Below, in pieces: positions 10,447 to 20,369 of a DNA stretch of 32,000 nucleotides (the first letter of the stretch is position 1; each line of letters starts with the position of its first letter). The position numbers were made by a program, and so were the translations under genes. The DNA is taken from contig NC_000964.3 in the NCBI RefSeq assembly GCF_000009045.1, positions 1,920,001-1,952,000 on the forward strand, given 5' to 3'. The stretch is from Bacillus subtilis subsp. subtilis str. 168. Lineage in GTDB: Bacteria > Bacillota > Bacilli > Bacillales > Bacillaceae. The notes beneath the pieces are model-generated. The model did no database searches. It was given only the letters and a program-made list of their open reading frames with translations, and was not told the DNA's origin.

Positions 10447-10698
10447 ATGACAAAGAACCAAAATCAATATCAGCAGCCTAATCCTGATGATCGTTCTGAC
10501 AATGTGGAAAAATTGCAGGATATGGTTCAAAATACAATTGAAAATATAGAAGAAGCAGAAGCATCAATGGAGTTTGCTTCAGGAGAAGATAAACAGCGTA
10601 TCAAAGAAAAAAATGCAAGGCGCGAACAGAGCATTGAAGCGTTTCGTAATGAAATACAGGACGAATCTGCAGCGAGACAAAACGGATACCGTTCTTAA
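10447..10698 (+). CDS. tlp: Thioredoxin-like small acid-soluble spore protein Tlp
   Basis: 83-aa MTKNQNQYQQPNPDDRSDNVEKLQDMVQNTIENIEEAE...; RBS taggaggt. Confidence 0.95.
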   Translation: MTKNQNQYQQPNPDDRSDNVEKLQDMVQNTIENIEEAEASMEFASGEDKQRIKEKNARREQSIEAFRNEIQDESAARQNGYRS

Positions 10699-10723
10699 AA
10701 AACCAGGGAAACCTGGTTTTTTT
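10697..10723 (+). terminator. Terminator after tlp
   Basis: aaaaaaccagg-gaaa-cctggttttttt. Confidence 0.9.
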
Positions 10724-10782
10724 CTTTCTGATTTGATTATGGTAAAATGGGGCTAAATTGACGTTAAGGGAGCAGAGTAATC

Positions 10783-11199
10783 TTGCATGTATCAAAAAAA
10801 GAAATAGAAGTGCGTTATGCAGAAACAGATCAAATGGGGATTGTCTATCACGCAAATTATCTTGTGTGGATGGAGGTCGGCAGAACGGCCTTGATTAAGG
10901 ACTTAGGCTTTTTATATAGTGATATGGAAAAAAAAGGCGTTCTGTCCCCAGTCGTTGATATCAATATTTCCTATAAAAAGCCGCTTCATTACGGAGAAAC
11001 CGCGGTTGTACATACATGGATAGAGGACTATAACGGATTTAAAACCGTCTATGGTTACCACATTTATAATCCGGCCGGTGAGCTTTCCATCAAAGCCACC
11101 TCATCTCATATTTGTGTGGATAAAGAAAGCTTTAAGCCAATTCAATTCCGCAAAGCTTTTCCTGATTGGCACACAGCATATGAAAAGGCCAAAAAATAG
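10783..11199 (+). CDS. yneP: Acyl-CoA thioesterase, 4-hydroxybenzoyl-CoA thioesterase family (hot-dog fold)
   Basis: EVRYAETDQMGIVYHANYLVWMEVGRTALI motif; TTG start. Confidence 0.9.
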   Translation: MHVSKKEIEVRYAETDQMGIVYHANYLVWMEVGRTALIKDLGFLYSDMEKKGVLSPVVDINISYKKPLHYGETAVVHTWIEDYNGFKTVYGYHIYNPAGELSIKATSSHICVDKESFKPIQFRKAFPDWHTAYEKAKK

Positions 11200-11214
11200 G
11201 GAAGTGAACGGGAT

Positions 11215-11514
11215 ATGGCGTTTGGTGTGAAACGGGAGGAACTTAACCGGTGGAAACAAGCAGTGAAAAGAGGAGAAATCGCATTTTTAACACATTACTG
11301 GCTGGATGACCGATTTCCAGAAGCAAAGACCGTGACAAAAGCCGGCTGTGCAGACATTGATAAGCTGGTTCAGTGGGGAGCGGCGTACGGGTTAAAAAAA
11401 GAATGGATCCATAAGAAAAGTGAATTTCCCCACTTTGATCTGCTGGGGGAAACACAAAAATATATTTTGGAACAAGAAAACCTAACCGATCATCTTATAC
11501 GATTTCATTTGTAA
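11215..11514 (+). CDS. yneQ: Hypothetical protein YneQ
   Basis: 99-aa ORF closely following yneP, RBS gggaagtg region; position matches B. subtilis yneQ. Confidence 0.82.
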   Translation: MAFGVKREELNRWKQAVKRGEIAFLTHYWLDDRFPEAKTVTKAGCADIDKLVQWGAAYGLKKEWIHKKSEFPHFDLLGETQKYILEQENLTDHLIRFHL

Positions 11515-11546
11515 AAAAAGAACGCACATGAAGTGCGTTCTTTTTT
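11514..11546. terminator. Bidirectional terminator between yneQ and yneR
   Basis: AAAAAAGAACGCAC-atgaa-GTGCGTTCTTTTTT. Confidence 0.9.
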
Positions 11547-11832
11547 ATTGGTATTCAAAAACCGGTTCATCAGCGTCTTCTGAATAGCTGACGAGAAGGT
11601 CGTGGTTATCAAAGTACCATAAATCACTTTCTTCAATAAAGAAGGTAATGCCATCAGCTTCTGCAGTGACTCCAGCCTCTTGTGGGGCATCTTTCGCTAC
11701 ACCGAGAGAAAAACCCTTTTGAACGTTGCTGCAGCCTCCATAGCGGACGAAAAAGCGAACCTGGTCTCCGCTTTCCAAATCGAGTTCTTCTTTATACCAG
11801 TTCAATGCGTCTTCGTTAATTGTCATATTCAT
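11545..11832 (-). CDS. yneR: HesB/IscA-like core-domain protein YneR
   Basis: 95-aa MNMTINEDALNWYKEELDLESGDQVRFFVRYGGCSNVQKGFSLG... resembles HesB-like fold members. Confidence 0.85.
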   Translation of the reverse strand: MNMTINEDALNWYKEELDLESGDQVRFFVRYGGCSNVQKGFSLGVAKDAPQEAGVTAEADGITFFIEESDLWYFDNHDLLVSYSEDADEPVFEYQ

Positions 11833-11919
11833 AACAGAACACCCCTTTGTTCTTCATTTGAATTTTCTCTATTATAAACGTATTAGGCTATTCTGTGTCA
11901 AAAGAGAAGTTTTTTAAGC

Positions 11920-12501
11920 TTATAACCATTTTACTTTAGGTTCTGTTTTATTGATAATTCGTTTAATGTTCGCTCGGTGTCTGTATATCACAAAAATAGT
12001 GAGCAGGGTAACGACAATCAATAAATACGTATCATGGACAAAGAAACTATATATAACAGTATAGATCCCTGTTAACATCGATGAGAGAGAAACAAATTTA
12101 GTCAAGTATAAAAAGATGAAGAATACCGCAACCATCGTGATAAATAACAGGGGTGCGTAAAATAGCAAAACGCCTCCTGATGTCGCCACGGCTTTACCGC
12201 CTTTAAATTTGGCGAAGATGGGAAACACGTGGCCTAAAACCGCAAAGACTCCTGCAAGAAGCGGGTGAATATCAACATGCATGAGAAAAGGCAATGCAGT
12301 TGCCAGTGTCCCTTTCAAAATATCTCCGGCTATGACGACCGAACCAGCTTTTACACCCAATGTACGGAATGCATTGGTAGCGCCTAAGTTGCCGCTTCCG
12401 TGCTCCCGAATATCAATTCCTTTGGCAAGCTTGCCCACAATTAAGCCAGATGGAATGCTGCCTATCAAGTAGGCCAAAATAATCAATAAAGCAATTAACA
12501 T
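11920..12501 (-). CDS. plsY: Acyl-phosphate:glycerol-3-phosphate acyltransferase PlsY
   Basis: 193-aa multi-TM protein; [41 protein letters not shown] motifs. Confidence 0.96.
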   Translation of the reverse strand: MLIALLIILAYLIGSIPSGLIVGKLAKGIDIREHGSGNLGATNAFRTLGVKAGSVVIAGDILKGTLATALPFLMHVDIHPLLAGVFAVLGHVFPIFAKFKGGKAVATSGGVLLFYAPLLFITMVAVFFIFLYLTKFVSLSSMLTGIYTVIYSFFVHDTYLLIVVTLLTIFVIYRHRANIKRIINKTEPKVKWL

Positions 12502-12670
12502 CTACATTTCTCCTTTTTCAAATTCCCTTCTTTTTATTTTAACATGAGATGTCATGATCTGATGATAAGTTTTTTTGTAAAGTTTGCTTACAAATCAAAT
12601 CAAACATGCATCATATTTTGATTTCTCCTGTTTTGATCGTGTAAAATAAGTGAAAAAGGAGTGACACACG

Positions 12671-13078
12671 ATGCAAAACCCTTCTAAAGCGGAAATTAAA
12701 GAGATTCTTCAAAGAAGCAAACGTATAGCGGTAGTAGGGCTTTCAGACCGTCCGGATAGAACGTCACATATGGTTTCAAAAGCAATGCAGGACGCGGGTT
12801 ATGAAATTATCCCTGTGAACCCTACAATTGATGAGGCGCTAGGTGTCAAAGCCGTTTCATCTTTAAAAGAGATAGACGGTCCGATTGACATCGTAAATGT
12901 ATTCCGGCGCTCAGAACAGCTTCCTGGAGTGGCGGAAGAGTTTTTAGAGACAGATGCGCCAGTATTTTGGGCACAGCAAGGGCTAGTTAATGAGGAAGCA
13001 TACCAGATGCTAAAAGAAAAAGGCAGAACGGTTATCATGGATCTGTGCATAAAAGTGGCACACGCTGTAACAAAATAG
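12671..13078 (+). CDS. yneT: CoA-binding domain protein YneT
   Basis: KRIAVVGLSDRPDRTSHMVSKAMQDAGYEIIPVNPT ... FWAQQGL: Rossmann CoA-binding family. Confidence 0.92.
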   Translation: MQNPSKAEIKEILQRSKRIAVVGLSDRPDRTSHMVSKAMQDAGYEIIPVNPTIDEALGVKAVSSLKEIDGPIDIVNVFRRSEQLPGVAEEFLETDAPVFWAQQGLVNEEAYQMLKEKGRTVIMDLCIKVAHAVTK

Positions 13079-13088
13079 GTGCAGAACT

Positions 13089-13125
13089 GCAAAAATCCTT
13101 GTAAATTCAAGGATTTTTGCTTTTT
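13089..13125 (+). terminator. Terminator after yneT
   Basis: GCAAAAATCCTTG-taaatt-CAAGGATTTTTGC-ttttt. Confidence 0.92.
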
Positions 13126-13257
13126 AATTTTAAGATATTGTTTGCGTATTACGGTGAAACAGATACAATAAAGCTTGAACAGCTTTTTTTGAATACCTTG
13201 TCCAGCTGGGTTTCGGCCGTTCGATTTGCGAAGGTCTGCTGCTTTATATATAATAAA

Positions 13258-13271
13258 CAAACATACGTTCT
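13258..13271. promoter_or_regulatory. LexA (DinR) box upstream of parE
   Basis: CAAACATACGTTCT vs B. subtilis consensus CGAACRNRYGTTYG, two mismatches. Confidence 0.75.
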
Positions 13272-13330
13272 CATAGTGTAAAAACAGCACTAGCCGATGT
13301 TTTGAGAAGAACTGATTCGTTAGCTCTATG

Positions 13331-13358
13331 TTGCGATTGCAAACATATTGGTTATAAT
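13331..13358 (+). promoter_or_regulatory. Probable sigma-A promoter for parEC
   Basis: TTGCGA - 16 bp - TATAAT. Confidence 0.6.
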
Positions 13359-13476
13359 GAGGAGTCCAAGGCAGTACTGGCTCGAGGCGAGGTTTATAAA
13401 AAATATCTTATATACAAATGATGTGTAACACTGAAAAGAGAAAGACAATGTTAGTTTTTGAAAGGGGTTTGTACGT

Positions 13477-15444
13477 TTGGCTAGAAAACAGCAATTTGAT
13501 TACAACGAAGATGCCATACAGGTGCTCGAAGGCCTTGAGGCTGTCAGGAAAAGGCCGGGTATGTATATTGGCTCTACTGACGCGCGGGGTTTGCACCACT
13601 TGGTTTATGAAATTGTAGATAACTCTGTCGACGAGGTGCTTGCCGGCCATGGAGATCACATAATCGTCAAAATACATAAAGACAATAGTATTTCTGTACA
13701 GGATAGAGGCCGCGGCATGCCGACCGGAATGCATAAGCTCGGCAAACCAACCCCTGAAGTGATTTTAACGGTGCTTCATGCCGGAGGGAAATTCGGCCAA
13801 GGCGGCTATAAGACAAGCGGCGGGCTCCACGGAGTTGGTGCATCAGTCGTGAATGCTTTATCTGAATGGCTGACGGTTACCATTGAGCGGGACGGTTTTG
13901 TCTATCAGCAGCGATTTGAAAATGGAGGAAAACCGGTTACATCTCTCGAAAAGATCGGCAAAACAAAAAAGACGGGAACTCTTACACACTTTAAGCCAGA
14001 TCCAACGATGTTCAGCACAACCACTTATAATTTTGAAACGCTCTCTGAGCGCTTAAGAGAGTCTGCGTTTTTGTTAAAAGGACTGAAAATTGAGCTGATT
14101 GATGAACGCAATGACCAGCGTGAGGTCTTTTATTATGAAAACGGCATAGAAGCGTTTGTTGCTTACTTAAATGAAGAAAAAGACGTCTTGTCTGAAGTGG
14201 TCTCGTTTGAGGGTGAGCATCATTCTATAGAAGTGGACTTTGCGTTCCAGTTTAACGATGGTTATTCTGAAAATATTTTGTCGTTTGTCAACAATGTCAG
14301 AACAAAAGACGGCGGGACGCATGAGTCAGGTGCAAAAACTGCGATGACGCGTGCTTTTAATGAATATGCGCGAAAAGTGGCTTTGCTGAAAGAAAAGGAT
14401 AAGAACCTTGAAGGCACCGATATAAGGGAAGGGCTTTCAGCCATTATTTCTGTCCGCATTCCTGAGGAGCTTCTTCAATTTGAGGGACAAACAAAAGGAA
14501 AGCTCGGTACCAGTGAAGCAAGATCAGCGGTGGATGCGATTGTTTCAGAGCAGCTTGCTTACTTTTTAGAGGAAAATCGGGACACCGCAACGCTTCTTGT
14601 CAAAAAAGCAATCAAGGCGAGCCAGGCGCGCGAAGCGGCACGCAAAGCCCGTGAAGAAGCAAGAAGCGGCAAAAAACGAAAAAAATCAGAAGCGACTTTA
14701 AGCGGAAAGCTGACGCCTGCGGGTTCAAGAAACCCGGCAAAAAATGAATTGTATCTCGTTGAGGGAGATTCAGCAGGCGGGTCAGCCAAGCAGGGACGAG
14801 ACCGCAGATTCCAGGCGGTTCTGCCTTTACGCGGTAAAGTCATTAATACAGAAAAAGCTAAGCTTGCTGATATCTTTAAAAATGAAGAGATCAATACGAT
14901 CATTCATGCGATCGGCGGGGGAGTCGGGGCAGATTTCTCAATCGATGACATCAACTACGACAAAATCATCATTATGACCGATGCCGATACTGACGGCGCC
15001 CATATTCAAGTGCTGCTTCTTACCTTTTTCTATCGCTATATGAAACCGCTCATTGAGCATGGCAAGGTGTTCATTGCGCTGCCACCTTTATATAAGGTCA
15101 GTAAAGGAAGCGGGAAAAAGGAAATCATTGAATATGCATGGTCTGATGAAGAGATGGGGGATGTCCTGAAAAAAGTCGGCAAAGGCTATACCATTCAACG
15201 ATATAAGGGTCTTGGAGAGATGAACGCAGACCAGCTGTGGGAAACGACGATGAATCCGGAGTCCCGCACACTTGTTAGGGTCAAAATTGACGATGCGGCA
15301 CGTGTAGAGAGACGTGTGACGACGTTAATGGGAGACAAAGTAGAGCCGCGCAGAAAGTGGATTGAGAAAAACGTCGCTTTCGGCTTAGATGAAGAAAGCA
15401 ATATTTTAGAAAATGAAAACTTATCGGTCGCTGAGGAGGTTTAA
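13477..15444 (+). CDS. parE: DNA topoisomerase IV subunit B
   Basis: TTG start after aaagggg; VRKRPGMYIGSTDARGLHHL, YLVEGDSAGGSAKQGRDRRFQAVLPLRGKVINTEKA, DADTDGAHI. Confidence 0.98.
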   Translation: MARKQQFDYNEDAIQVLEGLEAVRKRPGMYIGSTDARGLHHLVYEIVDNSVDEVLAGHGDHIIVKIHKDNSISVQDRGRGMPTGMHKLGKPTPEVILTVLHAGGKFGQGGYKTSGGLHGVGASVVNALSEWLTVTIERDGFVYQQRFENGGKPVTSLEKIGKTKKTGTLTHFKPDPTMFSTTTYNFETLSERLRESAFLLKGLKIELIDERNDQREVFYYENGIEAFVAYLNEEKDVLSEVVSFEGEHHSIEVDFAFQFNDGYSENILSFVNNVRTKDGGTHESGAKTAMTRAFNEYARKVALLKEKDKNLEGTDIREGLSAIISVRIPEELLQFEGQTKGKLGTSEARSAVDAIVSEQLAYFLEENRDTATLLVKKAIKASQAREAARKAREEARSGKKRKKSEATLSGKLTPAGSRNPAKNELYLVEGDSAGGSAKQGRDRRFQAVLPLRGKVINTEKAKLADIFKNEEINTIIHAIGGGVGADFSIDDINYDKIIIMTDADTDGAHIQVLLLTFFYRYMKPLIEHGKVFIALPPLYKVSKGSGKKEIIEYAWSDEEMGDVLKKVGKGYTIQRYKGLGEMNADQLWETTMNPESRTLVRVKIDDAARVERRVTTLMGDKVEPRRKWIEKNVAFGLDEESNILENENLSVAEEV

Positions 15445-15447
15445 TGA

Positions 15448-17868
15448 TTGTCACAGCCAGAATTATTTCATGATTTACCATTAGAAGAGGTGATCGGCGA
15501 CCGTTTTGGACGCTACAGTAAATATATTATTCAAGACAGGGCGCTGCCCGATGCGAGAGACGGATTAAAGCCGGTACAGCGCAGAATTCTGTATGCAATG
15601 CATACAGATGGAAACACGTTTGATAAAAACTTCAGAAAAGCGGCCAAAACGGTCGGTAACGTCATCGGTAACTATCATCCGCACGGTGACAGCTCGGTTT
15701 ATGAAGCAATGGTGCGGATGAGCCAGGATTGGAAAGTTCGTAATGTGTTAATCGAAATGCATGGAAACAATGGAAGCATCGACGGAGATCCCCCGGCAGC
15801 CATGCGTTATACAGAGGCACGATTATCTCCGATAGCATCTGAGCTTCTTCGGGATATTGACAAAAACACGGTTGAATTTGTGCCGAACTTCGATGATACA
15901 AGCAAGGAGCCTGTCGTACTCCCGGCGATGTTTCCTAACCTATTGGTCAACGGATCTACCGGGATTTCAGCAGGATACGCGACCGACATTCCCCCTCATC
16001 ATCTGGGAGAAGTCATTGATGCTGTCATTAAGCGTATTCAAATGCCTTCTTGCTCTGTTGACGAACTCATGGAAGTTATTAAAGGGCCTGATTTTCCGAC
16101 AGGCGGTATTATTCAGGGCGTTGACGGGATAAGAAAAGCTTACGAAACCGGAAAAGGAAAAATCATTATCCGCGGAAAGGCTGAAATTGAAACAATCAGA
16201 GGCGGACGAGAACAAATTGTCATTACTGAAATTCCATTTGAAGTAAATAAAGCAAACCTTGTAAAAAAAATGGACGAGTTCCGTATTGATAAAAAGGTTG
16301 AAGGCATCTCAGAGGTTCGTGATGAAACGGATCGAACAGGGCTGAGAGTGGTCATTGAACTGAAAAAAGAAGCTGATGCCAAAGGCATTTTGAATTTCTT
16401 ATATAAAAATACTGATTTGCAGATCACATATAACTTCAATATGGTGGCTATCCATAACCGCCGTCCGATGCTGATGAGCCTGCCGTCTATTTTGGATGCA
16501 TATATCGGACACCAAAAGGAAGTTGTCACAAACCGGTCCGTTTACGAGCTTCAAAAAGCAAAAGACAGACATCATATCGTAGAAGGGCTCATGAAAGCTT
16601 TGTCTATTTTGGATGAAGTGATTGCAACAATCCGTTCTTCTAGCGATAAACGTGACGCTAAAAACAATTTGATCGCGAAATATGAATTTACAGAGCCTCA
16701 GGCTGAAGCCATCGTGTCATTGCAGCTATATCGTTTAACCAATACCGATATCACAGCGCTTAAGGAAGAGGCAGAAGAGCTCGGTAAAAAAATTGAAGAG
16801 CTCGAATCTATTCTGAGCAATGATAAAAAACTGCTAAAAGTGATTACAAACAGCTTAAAAGCACTGAAAAAGAAATATGCAGATACGAGACGCTCCGTGA
16901 TTGAAGAAAAAATTGAAGAAATTAAAATCAATCTCGAAGTCATGGTTGCATCTGAGGATGTATATGTAACCGTTACGAAGGATGGTTACCTAAAACGGAC
17001 GAGCCAGCGCTCATTTGCCGCTTCCAACGGTCAGGACTTCGGAATGAAAGATACGGACAGGATGCTGCATCAGTTTGAAATGAATACGACAGACGTGCTG
17101 CTGCTCTTTACGAACAAAGGAAGCTACATCTATTGTCCTGTTCACCAGCTGCCTGATATCAGATGGAAGGACATGGGCCAGCATTTTTCAAATCTAATCA
17201 CTATTGACCGTGATGAAACGATTGTAAAGGCTATACCGATAAAAGAATTTGATCCGTCGGCATATCTTCTATTCTTTACGAAAAACGGTATGGTGAAAAA
17301 GACAGAGCTCACTCATTATAAAGCACAGCGTTATTCTAAGGCACTTGTAGCCTTAAATCTGAAGGGTGAAGATGAACTGATTGATGTACATGTAACAAAT
17401 GGGGAAAGCCAGATCTTTATGGCCACTCACTTAGGGTATGGTCTATGGTTTGGAGAAGACGAAGTGAATGTAGTTGGCGCGCGTGCGGCAGGTGTCAAAG
17501 GGATTAACTTAAAAGAGGATGACTTTGTTGTCTCCGGTGAGATTCTTCAGCAATCTGATTCAATTGTCTTGTTCACACAGCGGGGAGCGGTTAAACGCAT
17601 GAGTCTTTCTGAGTTCGAGAAGACATCCCGTGCAAAACGCGGTGTCGTAATGCTAAGGGAACTGAAAAAGAATCCTCACCGTGTTGTAGCACTGTTCGCT
17701 TGCGGTCTTGAACAGCGACTAATGGCAGAAACAGAAAAAGGCGACAGAAAAGAACTGCAGACAAAAGAGTTGCGGACAAACGACAGATACAGCAATGGCT
17801 CTTTCTTTTTTGATGAAGAGGAATCAGGCAAGGTTACAGCTGTTTGGCGCCTTCATACAGAACAATAA
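15448..17868 (+). CDS. parC: DNA topoisomerase IV subunit A
   Basis: [51 protein letters not shown] motifs; 3 bp after parE. Confidence 0.98.
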   Translation: MSQPELFHDLPLEEVIGDRFGRYSKYIIQDRALPDARDGLKPVQRRILYAMHTDGNTFDKNFRKAAKTVGNVIGNYHPHGDSSVYEAMVRMSQDWKVRNVLIEMHGNNGSIDGDPPAAMRYTEARLSPIASELLRDIDKNTVEFVPNFDDTSKEPVVLPAMFPNLLVNGSTGISAGYATDIPPHHLGEVIDAVIKRIQMPSCSVDELMEVIKGPDFPTGGIIQGVDGIRKAYETGKGKIIIRGKAEIETIRGGREQIVITEIPFEVNKANLVKKMDEFRIDKKVEGISEVRDETDRTGLRVVIELKKEADAKGILNFLYKNTDLQITYNFNMVAIHNRRPMLMSLPSILDAYIGHQKEVVTNRSVYELQKAKDRHHIVEGLMKALSILDEVIATIRSSSDKRDAKNNLIAKYEFTEPQAEAIVSLQLYRLTNTDITALKEEAEELGKKIEELESILSNDKKLLKVITNSLKALKKKYADTRRSVIEEKIEEIKINLEVMVASEDVYVTVTKDGYLKRTSQRSFAASNGQDFGMKDTDRMLHQFEMNTTDVLLLFTNKGSYIYCPVHQLPDIRWKDMGQHFSNLITIDRDETIVKAIPIKEFDPSAYLLFFTKNGMVKKTELTHYKAQRYSKALVALNLKGEDELIDVHVTNGESQIFMATHLGYGLWFGEDEVNVVGARAAGVKGINLKEDDFVVSGEILQQSDSIVLFTQRGAVKRMSLSEFEKTSRAKRGVVMLRELKKNPHRVVALFACGLEQRLMAETEKGDRKELQTKELRTNDRYSNGSFFFDEEESGKVTAVWRLHTEQ

Positions 17869-17872
17869 TAAA

Positions 17873-17901
17873 AAACCCGCTCATACTATATGAGCGGGTT
17901 T
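17873..17901. terminator. Bidirectional terminator between parC and the converging small ORFs
   Basis: AAACCCGCTCA-tactata-TGAGCGGGTTT. Confidence 0.88.
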
Positions 17902-17914
17902 CGTTTGTTTTTTA

Positions 17915-18040
17915 TCAGCTTTCATGGTTGGTGAATAGATCTGTTACAGCATGAATGACTTCAATCCCCTGCCATACAAATAAATTCAGCGCTGTGAAAG
18001 AAAATAAGCCTAAAATCACCATTCTTAAGATAAACAACAT
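17915..18040 (-). CDS. Small single-TM protein (41 aa)
   Basis: Manually translated: MLFILRMVILGLFSFTALNLFVWQGIEVIHAVTDLFTNHES; strong gaggagg RBS. Not in the ORF track. Confidence 0.75.
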   Translation of the reverse strand: MLFILRMVILGLFSFTALNLFVWQGIEVIHAVTDLFTNHES

Positions 18041-18065
18041 GTTTAACAGCCTCCTCATATTTTCG

Positions 18066-18419
18066 TTACATAATCGGGTGATGTTGAACATGAAGTTTGC
18101 CGAAATAAGACGATTGATAAAATTTGGCCAGTATAAAGCTTTTTTTCCGCTGACGTCTGCGGGAGTATCCCGTACTTTTGCTTTCAGCGGTCAGCAGCAG
18201 AACAGCCATTGCCCATAAAGCGGTCAGCGTAAATGCCCCTGTGATGGATTTCTTCTCATCATCAGCATTTTGGCCGGCTTTCATCTCATGCATTTCCTGC
18301 TGGTCGGCTACGGCTTTATAATGATGGCCGATATCAAAGGCGTGGGGAATTGAGAACAAATGAAAACTGGCAATCGCCAAGAATAAGATGGATGCTTTCA
18401 ATATCGTTACTTTTTTCAA
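18066..18419 (-). CDS. Small two-TM protein with His/Met-rich extracellular loop
   Basis: TTG start at 18419 with aaaggaggggg RBS; MKKVTILKASILFLAIASFHLFSIPHAFDIGHHYKAVADQQEMHEMKAGQ... The ORF track extends it artificially to 18476. Confidence 0.7.
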   Translation of the reverse strand: MKKVTILKASILFLAIASFHLFSIPHAFDIGHHYKAVADQQEMHEMKAGQNADDEKKSITGAFTLTALWAMAVLLLTAESKSTGYSRRRQRKKSFILAKFYQSSYFGKLHVQHHPIM

Positions 18420-18846
18420 ATGATCTCCCCCTCCTTTAATATTACTGAATATTTTTATAATAATACCCCAATCCATCCTAAAAGTAAACCTGATTTATTA
18501 AATTTAAAAATAAATTTAACTTTGTTAAGTATATATCTTTTTGCTTATTTTTGAAAGAGAAAACTTCTTTTATTAGCGTATGTATACCCGGTTTATGGTG
18601 TGAATAAAAACATATTTTAAATGATATGTTGTTTAGGATTTATTACTTTATTTATGTGTAAATCAAAGAGAAAGGCAAGAGAATGGGAAGAAATGATTAC
18701 ATTGTTAATAGGGTACTCTTTTTTTAAAGCCAGTTTGCAAGGAATGTTTTTATTCGTAGGAAAATAATAGAGAAGGGGTCGACAGAGTAACATCTGGCTA
18801 TGACAATATTCTTCTCGAAAAAACTTCCTAATTCGTCATATTGTGA

Positions 18847-18852
18847 TATAAT
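18847..18852 (+). promoter_or_regulatory. Candidate -10 element of alsT promoter
   Basis: TATAAT, with only a weak -35. Confidence 0.4.
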
Positions 18853-18863
18853 AAAACTCGTTA

Positions 18864-18880
18864 TGTTAAAAAATCTAACA
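18864..18880. promoter_or_regulatory. TnrA/GlnR operator upstream of alsT
   Basis: TGTTA-AAAAATC-TAACA is an exact match to TGTNAN7TNACA. Confidence 0.8.
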
Positions 18881-18924
18881 TCAAAATCGAATTCGTATTG
18901 AATTGATGAAAACGGGAGGTAAAT

Positions 18925-20322
18925 ATGGAGTCTTTTTTCAATAGTTTGATTAATATTCCAAGTGATTTCATCTGGAAATACCTATTTTATATTTTAATAG
19001 GGCTTGGATTATTTTTTACCATACGTTTTGGTTTTATCCAATTCCGTTATTTTATTGAAATGTTCAGAATAGTAGGGGAGAAGCCGGAAGGAAATAAAGG
19101 TGTTTCATCTATGCAGGCATTCTTTATTTCGGCCGCATCCCGAGTCGGCACAGGGAATTTGACTGGTGTAGCCTTAGCAATTGCGACAGGCGGACCAGGC
19201 GCTGTATTTTGGATGTGGGTAGTGGCTGCAGTAGGCATGGCTTCAAGCTTTGTCGAAAGTACATTAGCACAGCTTTATAAGGTAAGAGACGGGGAGGATT
19301 TCCGCGGAGGGCCGGCCTACTATATTCAAAAGGGTCTTGGTGCCAGATGGCTTGGCATCGTTTTTGCAATCTTAATTACCGTCTCATTCGGCTTGATTTT
19401 TAACGCTGTTCAAACAAATACAATTGCTGGAGCATTGGATGGCGCATTCCATGTAAATAAAATAGTTGTAGCCATAGTTCTGGCGGTTTTAACTGCGTTT
19501 ATCATTTTCGGCGGTTTAAAACGTGTTGTCGCTGTTTCACAGCTAATTGTGCCGGTTATGGCAGGCATTTATATTCTTATCGCTTTATTTGTTGTCATCA
19601 CGAATATTACGGCTTTCCCTGGCGTTATCGCTACAATTGTTAAAAATGCTTTAGGTTTTGAACAAGTCGTCGGCGGCGGAATAGGCGGCATCATCGTTAT
19701 CGGTGCGCAACGCGGACTTTTTTCAAACGAAGCAGGAATGGGGAGCGCACCAAACGCGGCTGCGACGGCTCATGTATCCCATCCGGCAAAGCAAGGCTTT
19801 ATTCAAACATTAGGCGTATTTTTCGATACATTTATCATATGTACGTCCACAGCATTTATTATTTTGCTGTACAGTGTAACGCCAAAAGGCGACGGCATCC
19901 AAGTCACACAGGCTGCTCTTAACCATCACATTGGAGGCTGGGCGCCGACTTTCATCGCAGTCGCAATGTTCTTGTTTGCATTCAGTTCAGTTGTCGGCAA
20001 CTATTATTATGGCGAGACAAACATTGAATTTATTAAAACAAGCAAAACATGGCTGAACATTTACCGTATCGCTGTTATTGCTATGGTTGTGTATGGATCT
20101 TTATCAGGCTTCCAAATCGTTTGGGATATGGCGGACCTCTTTATGGGTATCATGGCGCTGATCAACTTAATTGTGATTGCGCTGCTGTCAAACGTTGCTT
20201 ACAAAGTGTATAAAGATTACGCGAAACAGCGTAAGCAAGGACTTGATCCTGTGTTTAAAGCGAAAAACATCCCAGGGCTGAAAAACGCTGAAACATGGGA
20301 AGATGAGAAACAAGAAGCATAA
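18925..20322 (+). CDS. alsT: Sodium:amino acid symporter (AGCS family), AlsT/GlnT
   Basis: 465-aa multi-TM protein; GNLTGVALAIATGGPGAVFWMWVVA, GLFSNEAGMGSAPNAAATAHVSHPAKQG. Confidence 0.94.
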   Translation: MESFFNSLINIPSDFIWKYLFYILIGLGLFFTIRFGFIQFRYFIEMFRIVGEKPEGNKGVSSMQAFFISAASRVGTGNLTGVALAIATGGPGAVFWMWVVAAVGMASSFVESTLAQLYKVRDGEDFRGGPAYYIQKGLGARWLGIVFAILITVSFGLIFNAVQTNTIAGALDGAFHVNKIVVAIVLAVLTAFIIFGGLKRVVAVSQLIVPVMAGIYILIALFVVITNITAFPGVIATIVKNALGFEQVVGGGIGGIIVIGAQRGLFSNEAGMGSAPNAAATAHVSHPAKQGFIQTLGVFFDTFIICTSTAFIILLYSVTPKGDGIQVTQAALNHHIGGWAPTFIAVAMFLFAFSSVVGNYYYGETNIEFIKTSKTWLNIYRIAVIAMVVYGSLSGFQIVWDMADLFMGIMALINLIVIALLSNVAYKVYKDYAKQRKQGLDPVFKAKNIPGLKNAETWEDEKQEA

Positions 20323-20336
20323 TATAAATATAAAAC

Positions 20337-20369
20337 AAAGCTGCATTCAATAGTTGAATGCAGCTTTTT
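20337..20369 (+). terminator. Terminator after alsT
   Basis: aaagctgcattcaa-tag-ttgaatgcagcttttt. Confidence 0.92.

Noticed and set aside
12799-13290. 163-aa minus-strand ORF over yneT and its terminator
   Set aside because: Antisense to yneT and runs through the terminator stem; no plausible start signal.
13418-13618. Out-of-frame ORF overlapping the parE start (MMCNTEKRKTMLVFERG...)
   Set aside because: No RBS before its ATG; the TTG start at 13477 with aaagggg and topoisomerase sequence explains the region.
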